A stretch of 64,000 bases of DNA. Origin: Fibrobacteria bacterium (GTDB lineage: Bacteria; Fibrobacterota; Chitinivibrionia; Chitinivibrionales; FEN-1185). The stretch lies in NCBI GenBank assembly GCA_037447435.1, contig JBBIGR010000003.1, positions 140,443 through 204,442 on the forward strand, read 5' to 3'. Positions 18,952-28,866 of this stretch are shown piece by piece. The notes below the pieces were generated by a model. It saw only the letters and a program-made list of their open reading frames with translations, was not told where the DNA came from and made no database searches. A program made the position numbers and the translations under genes. Each line of letters starts with the position of its first letter. The first letter of the stretch is position 1.

Positions 18952-20139
18952 TTAAAATAAAAATGTTTTTAATCCAATAAATACGGACCAGCGGTGGAAT
19001 ATGTCATTCCAATCGGGCCCTCGAGACCAATCCTGCATCGGCTTTATATCATAGGGATTTCCTGCCTGAGCATTTGTCGCAGAGGCTGTTTTCGCGTGGA
19101 TAGGGAGATATGCTGCGATAAAAATCGGGAAATTGGATCGTGAGAATTCCAGACCATAGCACAATGTTGCATTCCAAACCTGATTATCGGGATCCGGCGC
19201 AGGATCATATGGCGTTCCGCTTTTAAGCGAAGGGATCCATGCGACTCCCATTGGAACGGAAAACATGACGCCGAAAGAATGAACAAAATCTTCCATTCCT
19301 TTATATCCGTAAAATGCAGAAGCCATCAGGCTCGGCGGCGTGTATCCGCCCAGATCATTTTCACCGTATGGCTTGAAATAATAATAAAACCTGTTTTTCT
19401 CCGCATCTGTCATGAGATCTTTTTGCTGTTGGGTAAAATTATAATATTGGTTTTGCCCGTTGAAATTGACGGCAAAAGAATACGAATACACTATGTCGAG
19501 AAGAACCATGCTTTTGTCCGCATCGATTGTCTTTCCTAAGTCAAGGCTTAAGTTGTAGAGCCCGGAACCGAGTTGCAAACTGGTCGGAAGGTATTTTTGG
19601 GCTTTATCGGATCCAAAGGTCGTCGTATATCCGCCTGTGGGAAGTGAAAGGGTGAAATTATAACTTAAATCACCCGACAAGCCGAATGTGCCCATATAAT
19701 CGACGCGAAGGTCGCCGAATCCGTTATTGATTATTCCCGTTGTCGGCGCATCGACCGTCGATGTCTGCAAAGACCCGGTTTTTTCAGCAAAAGGAACAGT
19801 CAATGCCAGCGTCGTCGTATACGTCGGTTTGATGCTGAAACGCAATTCAAGGGCTTTGGAGTTCGATTGTTTCGTTGCCGTTGATGAATACATACCTTGA
19901 ATGTCAAGAAGGCCGCCGCTGACTCCTCGACCGATCCATTTTGCCGTTGCACCGCCCGCTCCGCCGGATCCGCCCGCTCCGCAGCCGCCGACGCATGCCC
20001 ACGGCGTCGTTTGTATTGCGACGCTTTTGGAGTGGTTGATGTGGGATAGTAGAAAAGCGGTCGCTATCGCAACGGAAACTCCTATAGTACCGTGCGACAA
20101 TAAAGACTTTGCCCATATGTTTTTGGTGTTGATCTTCAT
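18952..20139 (-). CDS. Probable outer-membrane beta-barrel protein with CxxxC/Gly-rich leader
   Basis: WACVGGCGAGGSGGAGG, then GFGDLRV and LSLPTG, amphipathic strands and terminal Phe; AGGAGG RBS. Confidence 0.6.
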   Translation of the reverse strand: MKINTKNIWAKSLLSHGTIGVSVAIATAFLLSHINHSKSVAIQTTPWACVGGCGAGGSGGAGGATAKWIGRGVSGGLLDIQGMYSSTATKQSNSKALELRFSIKPTYTTTLALTVPFAEKTGSLQTSTVDAPTTGIINNGFGDLRVDYMGTFGLSGDLSYNFTLSLPTGGYTTTFGSDKAQKYLPTSLQLGSGLYNLSLDLGKTIDADKSMVLLDIVYSYSFAVNFNGQNQYYNFTQQQKDLMTDAEKNRFYYYFKPYGENDLGGYTPPSLMASAFYGYKGMEDFVHSFGVMFSVPMGVAWIPSLKSGTPYDPAPDPDNQVWNATLCYGLEFSRSNFPIFIAAYLPIHAKTASATNAQAGNPYDIKPMQDWSRGPDWNDIFHRWSVFIGLKTFLF

Positions 20140-20141
20140 TG

Positions 20142-21281
20142 CTATTTTCCTCCTATATAAACATACGGTTTTGAAGTGCTGTTGAATTGGAGCAGTGCGG
20201 GTTTGACATTAAGGAGTAATGTCTTTTGTGTGGAAATCGATACAAGGTAACAATCATACACAATAACATCGGTCGTCGTTGATTTTGTGGCCAACGCACA
20301 GAAAAAATTAGGCGAATTCGTCCATTTGGGACACTGCCATTCACCTGAGGAATAGCTCGGCAACATGGTTTCGAGGCTGAAAGAGTTAACGAGCGTATTA
20401 GTTGTGTCTGCAATAAAAACATACATGTGCTCGCCCGCGCCGTTTGCGATGGCGGTGGGCATATTCAGCATGTTTTGAGGACCGCCGATATTTAAAAACA
20501 TCATCTGACCGATTTTGACGGAGTCGGGCGTCATCGATGGGTTACATGTTTGTAAACCCGTATTTATTGGGAAAAATTTTGAACTAGCGATATTATAGAT
20601 ATAGGCATTCGCGTAGCCGGTACAAACATATTTACCATCATACGACAATCCGCCGTAAAATGGAAAAGTGGCGATAGCCGTTTTTGTTCCGGACAATATT
20701 TGTCCCGCGGTTGAGTTGATTTGAACTTTATATGTATGCCGTGTCTTTAACGTGGTATTGTCCGCATCGAGCTTGTCAGTCGTATCGGAATAGGTAATGA
20801 AAACATTATTTAAATTGTCTTTGAAAAAATGCGGATCGCTCGCCGGATCGTCGATTAAATTGGGCTCTGCCGTCGTATCGAGTTTTTGACAATACGCGGC
20901 GGCATGTTTACTGTTTGATGGATCAATAAGGTAATAGGTAACAAGGTCCCCGTTTGGCGAAATAATCGGGCACCAGGCACCCCAGTCTTGCTTATCCGCG
21001 GGCCTTTTTAACAATTTTGGAGCAATTATCGAATCGGAAAAATTGACGAAATACAACACTTGCGTTCCGCCCGGAATTGTTTTTGTATAGGCCAATTTTA
21101 CATTGCTGGTTCCAACAAATGAAGTGAGGCTGTCTTTTGACACGAACGCATTTGCCGGCGGCGGCGGAATGGGTGCAATAAATTGAGTCGGCTTATACGG
21201 CCAATCGCTGCAGGAACTGAGAATGTAGCCCGCAAATGCGCTCAATATAAGCGCTAAAGTAATTCGTTTAAACGAAATCAT
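20142..21281 (-). CDS. Lipoprotein with beta-propeller-like domain resembling TIGR02171-family repeats
   Basis: Lipobox ILSSC; PIISPNG, FYGGLSYDG, QTCNPSM, MMFLNIG, EWQCPKW. Confidence 0.6.
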   Translation of the reverse strand: MISFKRITLALILSAFAGYILSSCSDWPYKPTQFIAPIPPPPANAFVSKDSLTSFVGTSNVKLAYTKTIPGGTQVLYFVNFSDSIIAPKLLKRPADKQDWGAWCPIISPNGDLVTYYLIDPSNSKHAAAYCQKLDTTAEPNLIDDPASDPHFFKDNLNNVFITYSDTTDKLDADNTTLKTRHTYKVQINSTAGQILSGTKTAIATFPFYGGLSYDGKYVCTGYANAYIYNIASSKFFPINTGLQTCNPSMTPDSVKIGQMMFLNIGGPQNMLNMPTAIANGAGEHMYVFIADTTNTLVNSFSLETMLPSYSSGEWQCPKWTNSPNFFCALATKSTTTDVIVYDCYLVSISTQKTLLLNVKPALLQFNSTSKPYVYIGGK

Positions 21282-22036
21282 GATTCCCCTTTCTTTAGGA
21301 AGAAACATTATTAAAGCTTGTACATACATGTTGCAAAGTGCTGTACCCGTTTCATAATATCGCAATTAACTATGGAGAAACGGGGTAAAAATAATATGCA
21401 TCTGAAAAAAACTTGTCTGTGGTGGCCCCAAAATCACAGACGCGCTTGAACAATCATTCTAAAATAATATGCTCCATATACTAGATCAATAAACAAAAAA
21501 AAACTTTAAAAGAATTCAATTAATTAAAAAAATGCTATAAATTTCAATAGATTAGAGATATGTATTACCCAAAAAATAATAAAAACAAAAAGTTTTCCCC
21601 CTAAAAAAAACGATTTTCGTCTCTTTGAGACTACATACCTATTTAATATAAAAAAGAAATAAGAATTAATGGTTTTTTTGCTGTTAGTGTCGTGTTAGGA
21701 AAATCCGTGCCGCCAATTTGCAAACATTTCAACCTGAAATAAGAAAAATTATTACTTTGGGCGCAAAGATTCGGTCCTTTTAAGAAAAAGGAAATGTTTG
21801 AAGCGTTTAATTTATGTTTCATATTTTCCTTTCTTTTCAAAATCTGTTTTGTGTAATAAAACAATTTTCAGGATTCGTTAATAATATAGCTAAATTTATG
21901 GGGAATGTTATTTATCAAATCATCTCATTTATGTACAAAAGACATAAATGGACGGTTGGTCGCATTCCATTGTTCTGCAAAAACGGGAAAAAAAATTGAT
22001 TCGGGTTTATAACGATCGGTACCGAGGGGTTATGTT

Positions 22037-22078
22037 AAAAAAGGAATTCCATTCATTAAAGAATAAATAGAATTCCTT
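22037..22078 (-). terminator. Probable intrinsic terminator of pdxJ
   Basis: AAGGAATTC...GAATTCCTT stem followed by a U run on the minus strand, just past the pdxJ stop. Confidence 0.6.
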
Positions 22079-22091
22079 TATCGAGTTTTTA

Positions 22092-22799
22092 TCAAATCAG
22101 TTCGAGCATATCCTTAACTGCTCTGTCCATGCCCACAAGTACGGCTCGAGAAATAAGGCTGTGGCCGATATTGAGTTCCTCCATTCCATCGATTTTTGCA
22201 ACAGGGGTTACATTGGAATAATTAAGGCCATGCCCGGCATTTACATGTAACCCTAATTTGCAAGCGACAAGTGCGGCGTCTTTGAGGCGGGCAAGTTCGT
22301 CCATGCATGCCTGGCCTTTGGCATTCGCATAATATCCGGTGTGCAATTCGATATGGGTTGCGCCGATCCGTTTTGCGGCCTTGATTTGGTTAAGATCGGG
22401 ATCAATAAATAGGCTTACAAGAATATTGTTGTTGCGAAATGAATCCATTGCGGAGGCAAAATCCCGTTCTTTTCCTGCAACCATAAGGCCGCCCTCGGTT
22501 GTCCGTTCCTCTCTGCGTTCCGGCACCAGAGTCACCATAAAGGGAAGGACGTCAACGGCGATTTTTATTATTTCCGGCGCAAGTGCCATTTCCATATTCA
22601 AACGGGTTGCCACAACTTGCTTAAGAAGATAAATGTCGCGGTCCTGCATATGCCGCCGGTCTTCCCGCAAATGTGCCGTGATGCCGTGAGCGCCGGCAAG
22701 TTCAGCCAAAGTAGCGCCAGCAATCGGGTCGGGTTCACGTCCGCCACGCGCCTGTCGGATTGTTGCTATATGATCTACATTTACACCGAGAGTAGTCAT
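22092..22799 (-). CDS. pdxJ: Pyridoxine 5'-phosphate synthase
   Basis: [47 protein letters not shown]. Confidence 0.97.
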   Translation of the reverse strand: MTTLGVNVDHIATIRQARGGREPDPIAGATLAELAGAHGITAHLREDRRHMQDRDIYLLKQVVATRLNMEMALAPEIIKIAVDVLPFMVTLVPERREERTTEGGLMVAGKERDFASAMDSFRNNNILVSLFIDPDLNQIKAAKRIGATHIELHTGYYANAKGQACMDELARLKDAALVACKLGLHVNAGHGLNYSNVTPVAKIDGMEELNIGHSLISRAVLVGMDRAVKDMLELI

Positions 22800-22811
22800 G
22801 GGAGTGCTCCT

Positions 22812-24005
22812 TTACTTAAGATTGTGAGATTCCGTTTGTTTGACTATTTCAGAAACAAATGCAAGCTTAATTCCATTTTGCTTGAACCATGGTTTGCACG
22901 AAACAAGGCCGTCTAAAAACGGCTTGCTTGCTGCGACAGCAACGATGCATGCACCGTTGGATTGTGCACTCACCCCGAGCCGTTTTAGCTCCGCGAGTAT
23001 TTCCTGGCTGCTTTTTTTATCGATTCTGGCATTAACATGCGTATATGGACAAGCCAAAGATTGCGCCACAGTCGGTACAACTGAATTTTTTGTCGTACGG
23101 TTTTCCAAAAAATATCCGTGTTGTTTGGCAATATCGCCGATAACGATGTTCATTATCCGAGAATCTTCACAGGCGCGAGACCCCCAGATGTTGGTAAATC
23201 CGGTGAAATTCGGCGCCTCTTTCGTTGCATTGGCTATGAGTGAAAGAATGGCTTCTTTGGAATAGTGCACCATGATAGTAGTTTGCTCGAAAGCTGGAGG
23301 GATTTTTGTCATTGGTTCCAACGGAAGCCTTATAATAATTTCCTTTTGCTGTTGATCGGCCAACTGCGCTATGAGTGATGCTTTTTTCGAACCGGGCATT
23401 ATTGCAGCCGTAATCGGATCGGAAAACGACAAAATGGAAACGGCAAGTTGATAAGAGGTGTCCTCGAGGTTTTCCACAACTATGGCCATTTTGGCGGTTC
23501 CGCTGAAAAAACGATCCGATCCAAGCATGGAAACCGTGACTAGGGGGCTGTTTTTTGCTTTTGAGGAAAGCGTTAACGATGCGGATTGTTTTTTTTCATC
23601 AATAATGCAATCGGAAATAACGTATGAAGTGCCTTTTGCCGCGAGGCCTAATTCATAAAGAATAGCCTCGAAGGGTTTTCCCCGCGGAACTGCAGCCTGA
23701 AGCTCGATGATGTTTTTATCTCTCACAATCCGTGATTTGACGTCGGTGCTTTTGCATTCCAATTCCGCAAGCTTTTTATACAAGGCTTTTTCAATGGGAA
23801 GCTTTTTGTCGCCGGAAGTATTTTTAGATGTGCTTTGCATATCCTGTGTTTGTTGTTGATGAAAAAAAAATGCCGCAATCGAGGGAAAAGAATTGCCATG
23901 GGTCCGTATCGCAATACCGAGGAATACCAGTAGGATAATGGCAATTGCCAATACGACGATAATAAGTATTGGGCGTTTTGAAGAAGGCGATGCTTTTGTT
24001 GCGAT
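22812..24005 (-). CDS. Divergent polysaccharide deacetylase (YibQ-like) with N-terminal TM anchor
   Basis: MAIVVENL, IIRLPLEP, GFTNIWGS, GYFLENRTTKNS resemble a degenerate divergent-deacetylase fold. Start is ATC 24005 behind AGGAG, or TTG 23951. Confidence 0.7.
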   Translation of the reverse strand: MATKASPSSKRPILIIVVLAIAIILLVFLGIAIRTHGNSFPSIAAFFFHQQQTQDMQSTSKNTSGDKKLPIEKALYKKLAELECKSTDVKSRIVRDKNIIELQAAVPRGKPFEAILYELGLAAKGTSYVISDCIIDEKKQSASLTLSSKAKNSPLVTVSMLGSDRFFSGTAKMAIVVENLEDTSYQLAVSILSFSDPITAAIMPGSKKASLIAQLADQQQKEIIIRLPLEPMTKIPPAFEQTTIMVHYSKEAILSLIANATKEAPNFTGFTNIWGSRACEDSRIMNIVIGDIAKQHGYFLENRTTKNSVVPTVAQSLACPYTHVNARIDKKSSQEILAELKRLGVSAQSNGACIVAVAASKPFLDGLVSCKPWFKQNGIKLAFVSEIVKQTESHNLK

Positions 24006-24220
24006 GATTGACTCCTAATCCCATGCTTCCCGCTTCGGGGACATTGTCGCAAGGGGTAAGTTTATTTTATAGATTATCCACGCAAAAATCGTCGATAATT
24101 CAGATATTGGTACTAAACATAATGCGTTATCGGCCAAACTGACCGATACTATAAAATACATTTTTTATTCGTACGCCTAAGCTCAAAATCTTTTCTGAAA
24201 TTATTACCAAAGGGCGACCT

Positions 24221-25147
24221 GTGAAACCGATAAAAGTTCCCGTATTACTTGGTCCGACCGCTTCGGGCAAAACCGGTTGTGCGATCCATTGCTGTCAAAA
24301 ACTGGGGCTGGAAATCATTTCTTGCGATTCCCGGCAAATTTATCGATTTATGGACATCGGTACTGCAAAGCCTTCTTTGGAAATGCAAAAACAGGCAAAG
24401 CATTGGTTGATCGATATCGCCGATCCGCCGGAAACGTATTCGGCATTCCGTTTTTCCCGGGATGCGAGTAGTATAATTCGTCAACGTGCTCTCCAAGGCG
24501 CAGGCACCATGCTCTGCGGAGGAACCGGGTTGTATTTTCAGGCGCTTCAAAACGGATTGGGACCGGAAATTTCTCAAAACCCATTGATCAGGGAAAAATA
24601 TGTCCGAATGGCTCACGAGTTGGGTAACAATGCGGTTTTCGAAAAACTTCTCCGTGTTGATCCGGTGACCGCAGCCTCAAGTCATCCGGCAAATCTCGTG
24701 CGCAATATCCGCGCCCTCGAGGTTTTTGAAACGAGCGGCATTGCGTTGTCCATATTAAAAAAGGAATCGGTTCCATCTTCGGATTTCGAATTTCTTGTTT
24801 GCATATTATCGGTCGAAAGGGAAACGCTTTACGGACGCATCAATCAACGGGTCGATGCGATGGTTCGCCAAGGATTATGGGACGAATTTCGCGGGTTGAT
24901 TGACAGAGGGTACACAATAGAAACGCCCGGCATGCGATGCGTCGGATATCGGGAATTGTTTGATGTTAAGGACCAATTCGTTTCGTTTACCCAAGCTATC
25001 GATGCGGTCAAGCAACACACCCGGCATTATGCAAAACGGCAAATGACTTGGTTTCGTCATCAGGTGAAGGGAATTGTTTTCGATGCGCTTATGCCCGATG
25101 CTTTTTCACGGGTCTGCAGGGAAATGTCCGAATTCTTGTCCGGGTAA
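24221..25147 (+). CDS. miaA: tRNA dimethylallyltransferase
   Basis: GPTASGKT, DSRQIY..MDIGTAKP, GGTGLY, TRHYAKRQMTWFR. Confidence 0.97.
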   Translation: MKPIKVPVLLGPTASGKTGCAIHCCQKLGLEIISCDSRQIYRFMDIGTAKPSLEMQKQAKHWLIDIADPPETYSAFRFSRDASSIIRQRALQGAGTMLCGGTGLYFQALQNGLGPEISQNPLIREKYVRMAHELGNNAVFEKLLRVDPVTAASSHPANLVRNIRALEVFETSGIALSILKKESVPSSDFEFLVCILSVERETLYGRINQRVDAMVRQGLWDEFRGLIDRGYTIETPGMRCVGYRELFDVKDQFVSFTQAIDAVKQHTRHYAKRQMTWFRHQVKGIVFDALMPDAFSRVCREMSEFLSG

Positions 25148-25240
25148 ATTTAAGTTCGGAAATTTGTTGTGGCGCGTTTTAAAATACTGTTGTATAATTT
25201 CATCAGAAACAGCTATCTTGACGGAAGGAGTTATTTTTTC

Positions 25241-25600
25241 ATGAATATCGATGACACGCAAGGACCGGGAAACGGACCGGGGAACAGAAAAATGGGACAG
25301 CCGAAATACCCTGAAAAAATGGCCAATTATAGCCCGAGTATGAGTTACAATTACGGCCATCAATCTTCCGGCGGGTACGGGCCGATGCAGCAAAATCCGC
25401 GTCGCCGGACCGATCGATTTAAACGGGAATCATTAAACCTAAATGATAAAGTCGTAAAGCAAAACGACATCATTATCAGATTGCTTAAAGAAATTCGTGA
25501 CAGATTGCCGCCGCCGCCAACCACGCAATCCGAAACAGCAGTTCCCGATGCTTCTGTTGAGGCCGATGCCGCGGCTCCGATTCAGGAAGAAGAGCAATAG
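25241..25600 (+). CDS. Hypothetical protein, largely disordered
   Basis: ATG 25241 behind GGAAGGAG; short helical core NDIIIRLLKEIRDRL. Confidence 0.65.
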   Translation: MNIDDTQGPGNGPGNRKMGQPKYPEKMANYSPSMSYNYGHQSSGGYGPMQQNPRRRTDRFKRESLNLNDKVVKQNDIIIRLLKEIRDRLPPPPTTQSETAVPDASVEADAAAPIQEEEQ

Positions 25601-25740
25601 AAAAATTATCTGCGCAGGTTGCGTCGCTGTAATAACGGCTGAAATTTTCTATAAAAAGTTGGCAAGTTCATTCCCGCCTTTGCCGATATATATATGGATG
25701 TGATGAATTTTGTATCCTTATCTTTATCAAGGAGTTTTCC

Positions 25741-25911
25741 ATGGATGGAGTTTCCGGGGCTTCCAATGGCGTTGCCGAAATCAATCAAATCATGCAAATG
25801 ATGACTACCGAAACTATGGCTATGGCAAAGAAAATGGTGCGGGCCGATGTGGAAATGGCGGTAAAAGGAAGCGAAGCGGGAAAAGGAAATGCAGTTGATG
25901 TTGCGGCTTAA
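25741..25911 (+). CDS. 56-aa small protein, YjfB-like (not in the ORF track)
   Basis: AAGGAG RBS then MDGVSGASNGVAEINQIMQMMTTETMAMAKKMVRADVEMAVKGSEAGKGNAVDVAA*; G-K-G-x-x-V-D-x-x-A C-terminus. Confidence 0.7.
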   Translation: MDGVSGASNGVAEINQIMQMMTTETMAMAKKMVRADVEMAVKGSEAGKGNAVDVAA

Positions 25912-25929
25912 TTTATTTACACAGGTTTT

Positions 25930-27852
25930 ATGATTCAAACAAAACGCTCGATTCGATTTTTAACATGCCTGTTTGGGACCATTATATTGGTTTTTGCCGT
26001 CGTTACGGCGGAAGCCAAAACGAGATGGAGCGCTTTGCATTTTGTTCCGGATGCGGATTTTTTATCGGGTGGCCAATTCGTCATCGATGCCGAAGGCTAT
26101 TATTTCAGCGATACCGCTGCACAGGCAAAAATCAATCCGGTAGCTCTTGTCAATATGGGTATTATGGAATGGGTTAATTTGGAGGCCGGATATGCCGGCG
26201 GCCCGACTCTTGGATTTAAGGCGCGAATTCTTGGCGAAAGCGGTCCGTTCATGCCCTCGCTGGCCCTCGGAGTGCATAACATTTTATCCAACAGGGAGGC
26301 AGGCCTTTTTTCGGCAACCGATACGCTGACAAATGAAGTGTACCTTGCTCTTGCTAAGAGCATAGATCCTCTCAAAATGCGAATCCATTTAGGTGTTCAA
26401 ACCATTCCAATGTCCAAAAAAGACCAGATAAATCCGTTTTTCGCCATAGAACAGTTTTTCGGAAATGGTTTATATGCTTCATTCGAAATGTTCAGACGGC
26501 AAGGTGAATTTCAACCGTCGGTTTTCGTGACCTGGAGACTTTTCAAAAAGCGGCTGGAAGTATCCGGGGGAGCAGTCAGCATCAACCAATTGTTTTTTGA
26601 TAAAAACAACCAGTTTAAAGTCGCTTTAGGTGATTCCGCAAAGCCCGGGTTTGTTAAACCCGGAATTTGGGTCGGTTTGCGTTACTTGGGCGAATTCGGG
26701 TCAGGGAAAGGCGATGTGTTCGGAACATTGGAAGAAAGAGTATCTTATCAGGGGGAAACGATAAAGAAATTGTCCATGCAAATGGACAGTCTGAGAATGT
26801 CGCTTTCCGATACAAAACGAAAAGTGATCGACGTCAACGCATCATTGGCGAGAATGTCCGATAGCATGGGTACCGATAAATCAAGAATGAAACCATTGCT
26901 TTTAGATAAGATAAACGCCATAAAGACGTTATATGCGGAAGAGCCGTTCGACCCCGAACGCGTACGCCGCTCAATCAACGAGATCGTAAATTTGCATGAA
27001 AATGCGTTGCCCGGGTTGCGCGAAATCCTTTTGGACAAGGCCCTTGATAAACGGACCAGAACGCTGACGGTTTCTCTCCTCGGGGCAATCGGTAATTCGG
27101 GGGCGTCCGACATTTTGCTTGATGTGTTGTCTCAAACCCAGGATCCGGATATTAAAATCGAGATTTGCATTGCGCTGGGGAAAATTAAAGAAACCCGGGC
27201 GCAATATGTTCTTGAACAATTGGCCAATGATCCCGTTGATGCCGTGGCCTTTGCAGCGCAAGAAGTGTTGTTGAAATTATCAAAAGATACTGGCATGAAG
27301 CTTTCAAAAGGCCTCAAACTCCGTAGTGTCGTCATTTCGGATCAGCCAACTGTTATGCCTGATTCGAAAATAAAAACAAAGCAAACCACTGACACCCTTA
27401 AATCTTCTATCGCGAAACAGAAGATGGCCGCACCCGAAAAAACAGAGCAAACGGTAAAGGATCAGAGCGTAAATAAACCTTCTCGCGATTCCGTAAAGGC
27501 GCCAATCAAAGGAAATAAAATTGCCAAGCCGGATCAACCCATCAAGGATGACTCTGCAACGGTAAAGCCCAAAGGTTCCGATACCGCAAGTGGTGCATCG
27601 GAAAATGCAACCGGCGACGTTTGGAGTGTCGATCAAAAATCCGATTCGGCTAAAATTCAACCGATCAAGGATGGCGTAAAAACAGAAGCAAAGGTTGATT
27701 CCGGGAAAGTCGCTAAATTGGATTCCGTACTGACCATTTCAAAAGATAAAAAGCAGGACAAAAAAGGGAATGAAAAAAATAATGGTAAGAAATCGGCCAA
27801 GGTTCCCAAGGAAAAACAACCCGATGACACATCAGACAATAAAAACTGGTAA
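25930..27852 (+). CDS. Exported protein: beta-barrel-like N-terminus, coiled coil, HEAT repeats, Lys/Asp-rich tail
   Basis: Signal peptide; PSLALGV and amphipathic strands; SLLGAIG and IALGKIK HEAT motifs; low-complexity C-terminus. Confidence 0.75.
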   Translation: MIQTKRSIRFLTCLFGTIILVFAVVTAEAKTRWSALHFVPDADFLSGGQFVIDAEGYYFSDTAAQAKINPVALVNMGIMEWVNLEAGYAGGPTLGFKARILGESGPFMPSLALGVHNILSNREAGLFSATDTLTNEVYLALAKSIDPLKMRIHLGVQTIPMSKKDQINPFFAIEQFFGNGLYASFEMFRRQGEFQPSVFVTWRLFKKRLEVSGGAVSINQLFFDKNNQFKVALGDSAKPGFVKPGIWVGLRYLGEFGSGKGDVFGTLEERVSYQGETIKKLSMQMDSLRMSLSDTKRKVIDVNASLARMSDSMGTDKSRMKPLLLDKINAIKTLYAEEPFDPERVRRSINEIVNLHENALPGLREILLDKALDKRTRTLTVSLLGAIGNSGASDILLDVLSQTQDPDIKIEICIALGKIKETRAQYVLEQLANDPVDAVAFAAQEVLLKLSKDTGMKLSKGLKLRSVVISDQPTVMPDSKIKTKQTTDTLKSSIAKQKMAAPEKTEQTVKDQSVNKPSRDSVKAPIKGNKIAKPDQPIKDDSATVKPKGSDTASGASENATGDVWSVDQKSDSAKIQPIKDGVKTEAKVDSGKVAKLDSVLTISKDKKQDKKGNEKNNGKKSAKVPKEKQPDDTSDNKNW

Positions 27853-27877
27853 ATGCAGCGCCATATATTTTTATTGA

Positions 27878-28804
27878 ATGCTTTATAAATTTTTCATCCA
27901 TTCCTTTTTATCTCTTTGCATGCCGCTTTCGATATTTGCCGAACCTGCTTGCACTCTGCCGATTTCCGCGACTTTTTCCGAAGATATGATCACGATAGTT
28001 TGGCCGGATGTGAAAAACGCGGCATATTACAATATCTATGCAAATTGGGGAAACGGTGTTAAAAAAGTCAATTTTAGCCCTGTTCGAACGAGAAACCGAT
28101 TTACTTTTATTTGGGCGGAAAACCAAGGAAAAAAGGAACGCGTTGTAAAAGGAAACCGAGTATCGATGTATATCAGGCCTGTTTTCGCTCAGCCGAAAAA
28201 ACACGATACGTTATATACGGAAGGCATAAAAAGTTGCACGATTTCAAATGACTATTTTACCGGATTTTCGCTGGTCCTTGATTCATTGAATTGTTCGAGG
28301 ATTTTGGTTACAAAACAGTTCGGGCACGAGATTTTGCCAAATGCGGTACAAACCTCTCGGGATGTTTTTTTGGCCCATTACGGCAATTACGCAAAGGCTA
28401 TTTACTCAATATACAAGGCAAATATTGATCCGCATGATGAAGGAGCCTGCGTACCTTTCTCAACGTTGGTTTCCAAGTATTTCTCGCATAACGGGATTGC
28501 ATGTTATCGTGCACAGGGGACATTCATGTCCATGTTTCACAGTTTTAATATCGTTGTTGTAGACAGCGTAGAGTATATCCTCGACTTTACAGCAGATCAA
28601 TTCGTTCCGCAGAGCGCTCCCGTATTTATTCCTCGCGATAAGTGTTTTGCCGATTCGTGCGGAATTCCCACCAGCGCTCCTCAGGGAAATTTCAGTCCTA
28701 TGTATCGCATCGAAACAATTTTTTCAAGCGACCAGGTCGCTTTTTCCGATACGCCGAAGGCACGGCAATACCAAAGTTTTTTGGATAGTCTTATTGGTAA
28801 ATAA
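27878..28804 (+). CDS. Exported hypothetical protein with possible transglutaminase-like Cys-His-Asp domain
   Basis: GACVPFS...FHSFNIV...YILDFTADQF. Confidence 0.6.
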   Translation: MLYKFFIHSFLSLCMPLSIFAEPACTLPISATFSEDMITIVWPDVKNAAYYNIYANWGNGVKKVNFSPVRTRNRFTFIWAENQGKKERVVKGNRVSMYIRPVFAQPKKHDTLYTEGIKSCTISNDYFTGFSLVLDSLNCSRILVTKQFGHEILPNAVQTSRDVFLAHYGNYAKAIYSIYKANIDPHDEGACVPFSTLVSKYFSHNGIACYRAQGTFMSMFHSFNIVVVDSVEYILDFTADQFVPQSAPVFIPRDKCFADSCGIPTSAPQGNFSPMYRIETIFSSDQVAFSDTPKARQYQSFLDSLIGK

Positions 28805-28866
28805 CCACGGCGGGGGAAGCGCATGGTTATCGTTTGGAAAAATACCGATTGAACGGTTCCGAAAAA

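Noticed and set aside
21290..22030. Long AT-rich gap, including ORFs 21643-21864 and 21814-21999, as an ncRNA or small genes
   Set aside because: No RBS, recognisable protein motif or convincing structure; most likely a promoter region
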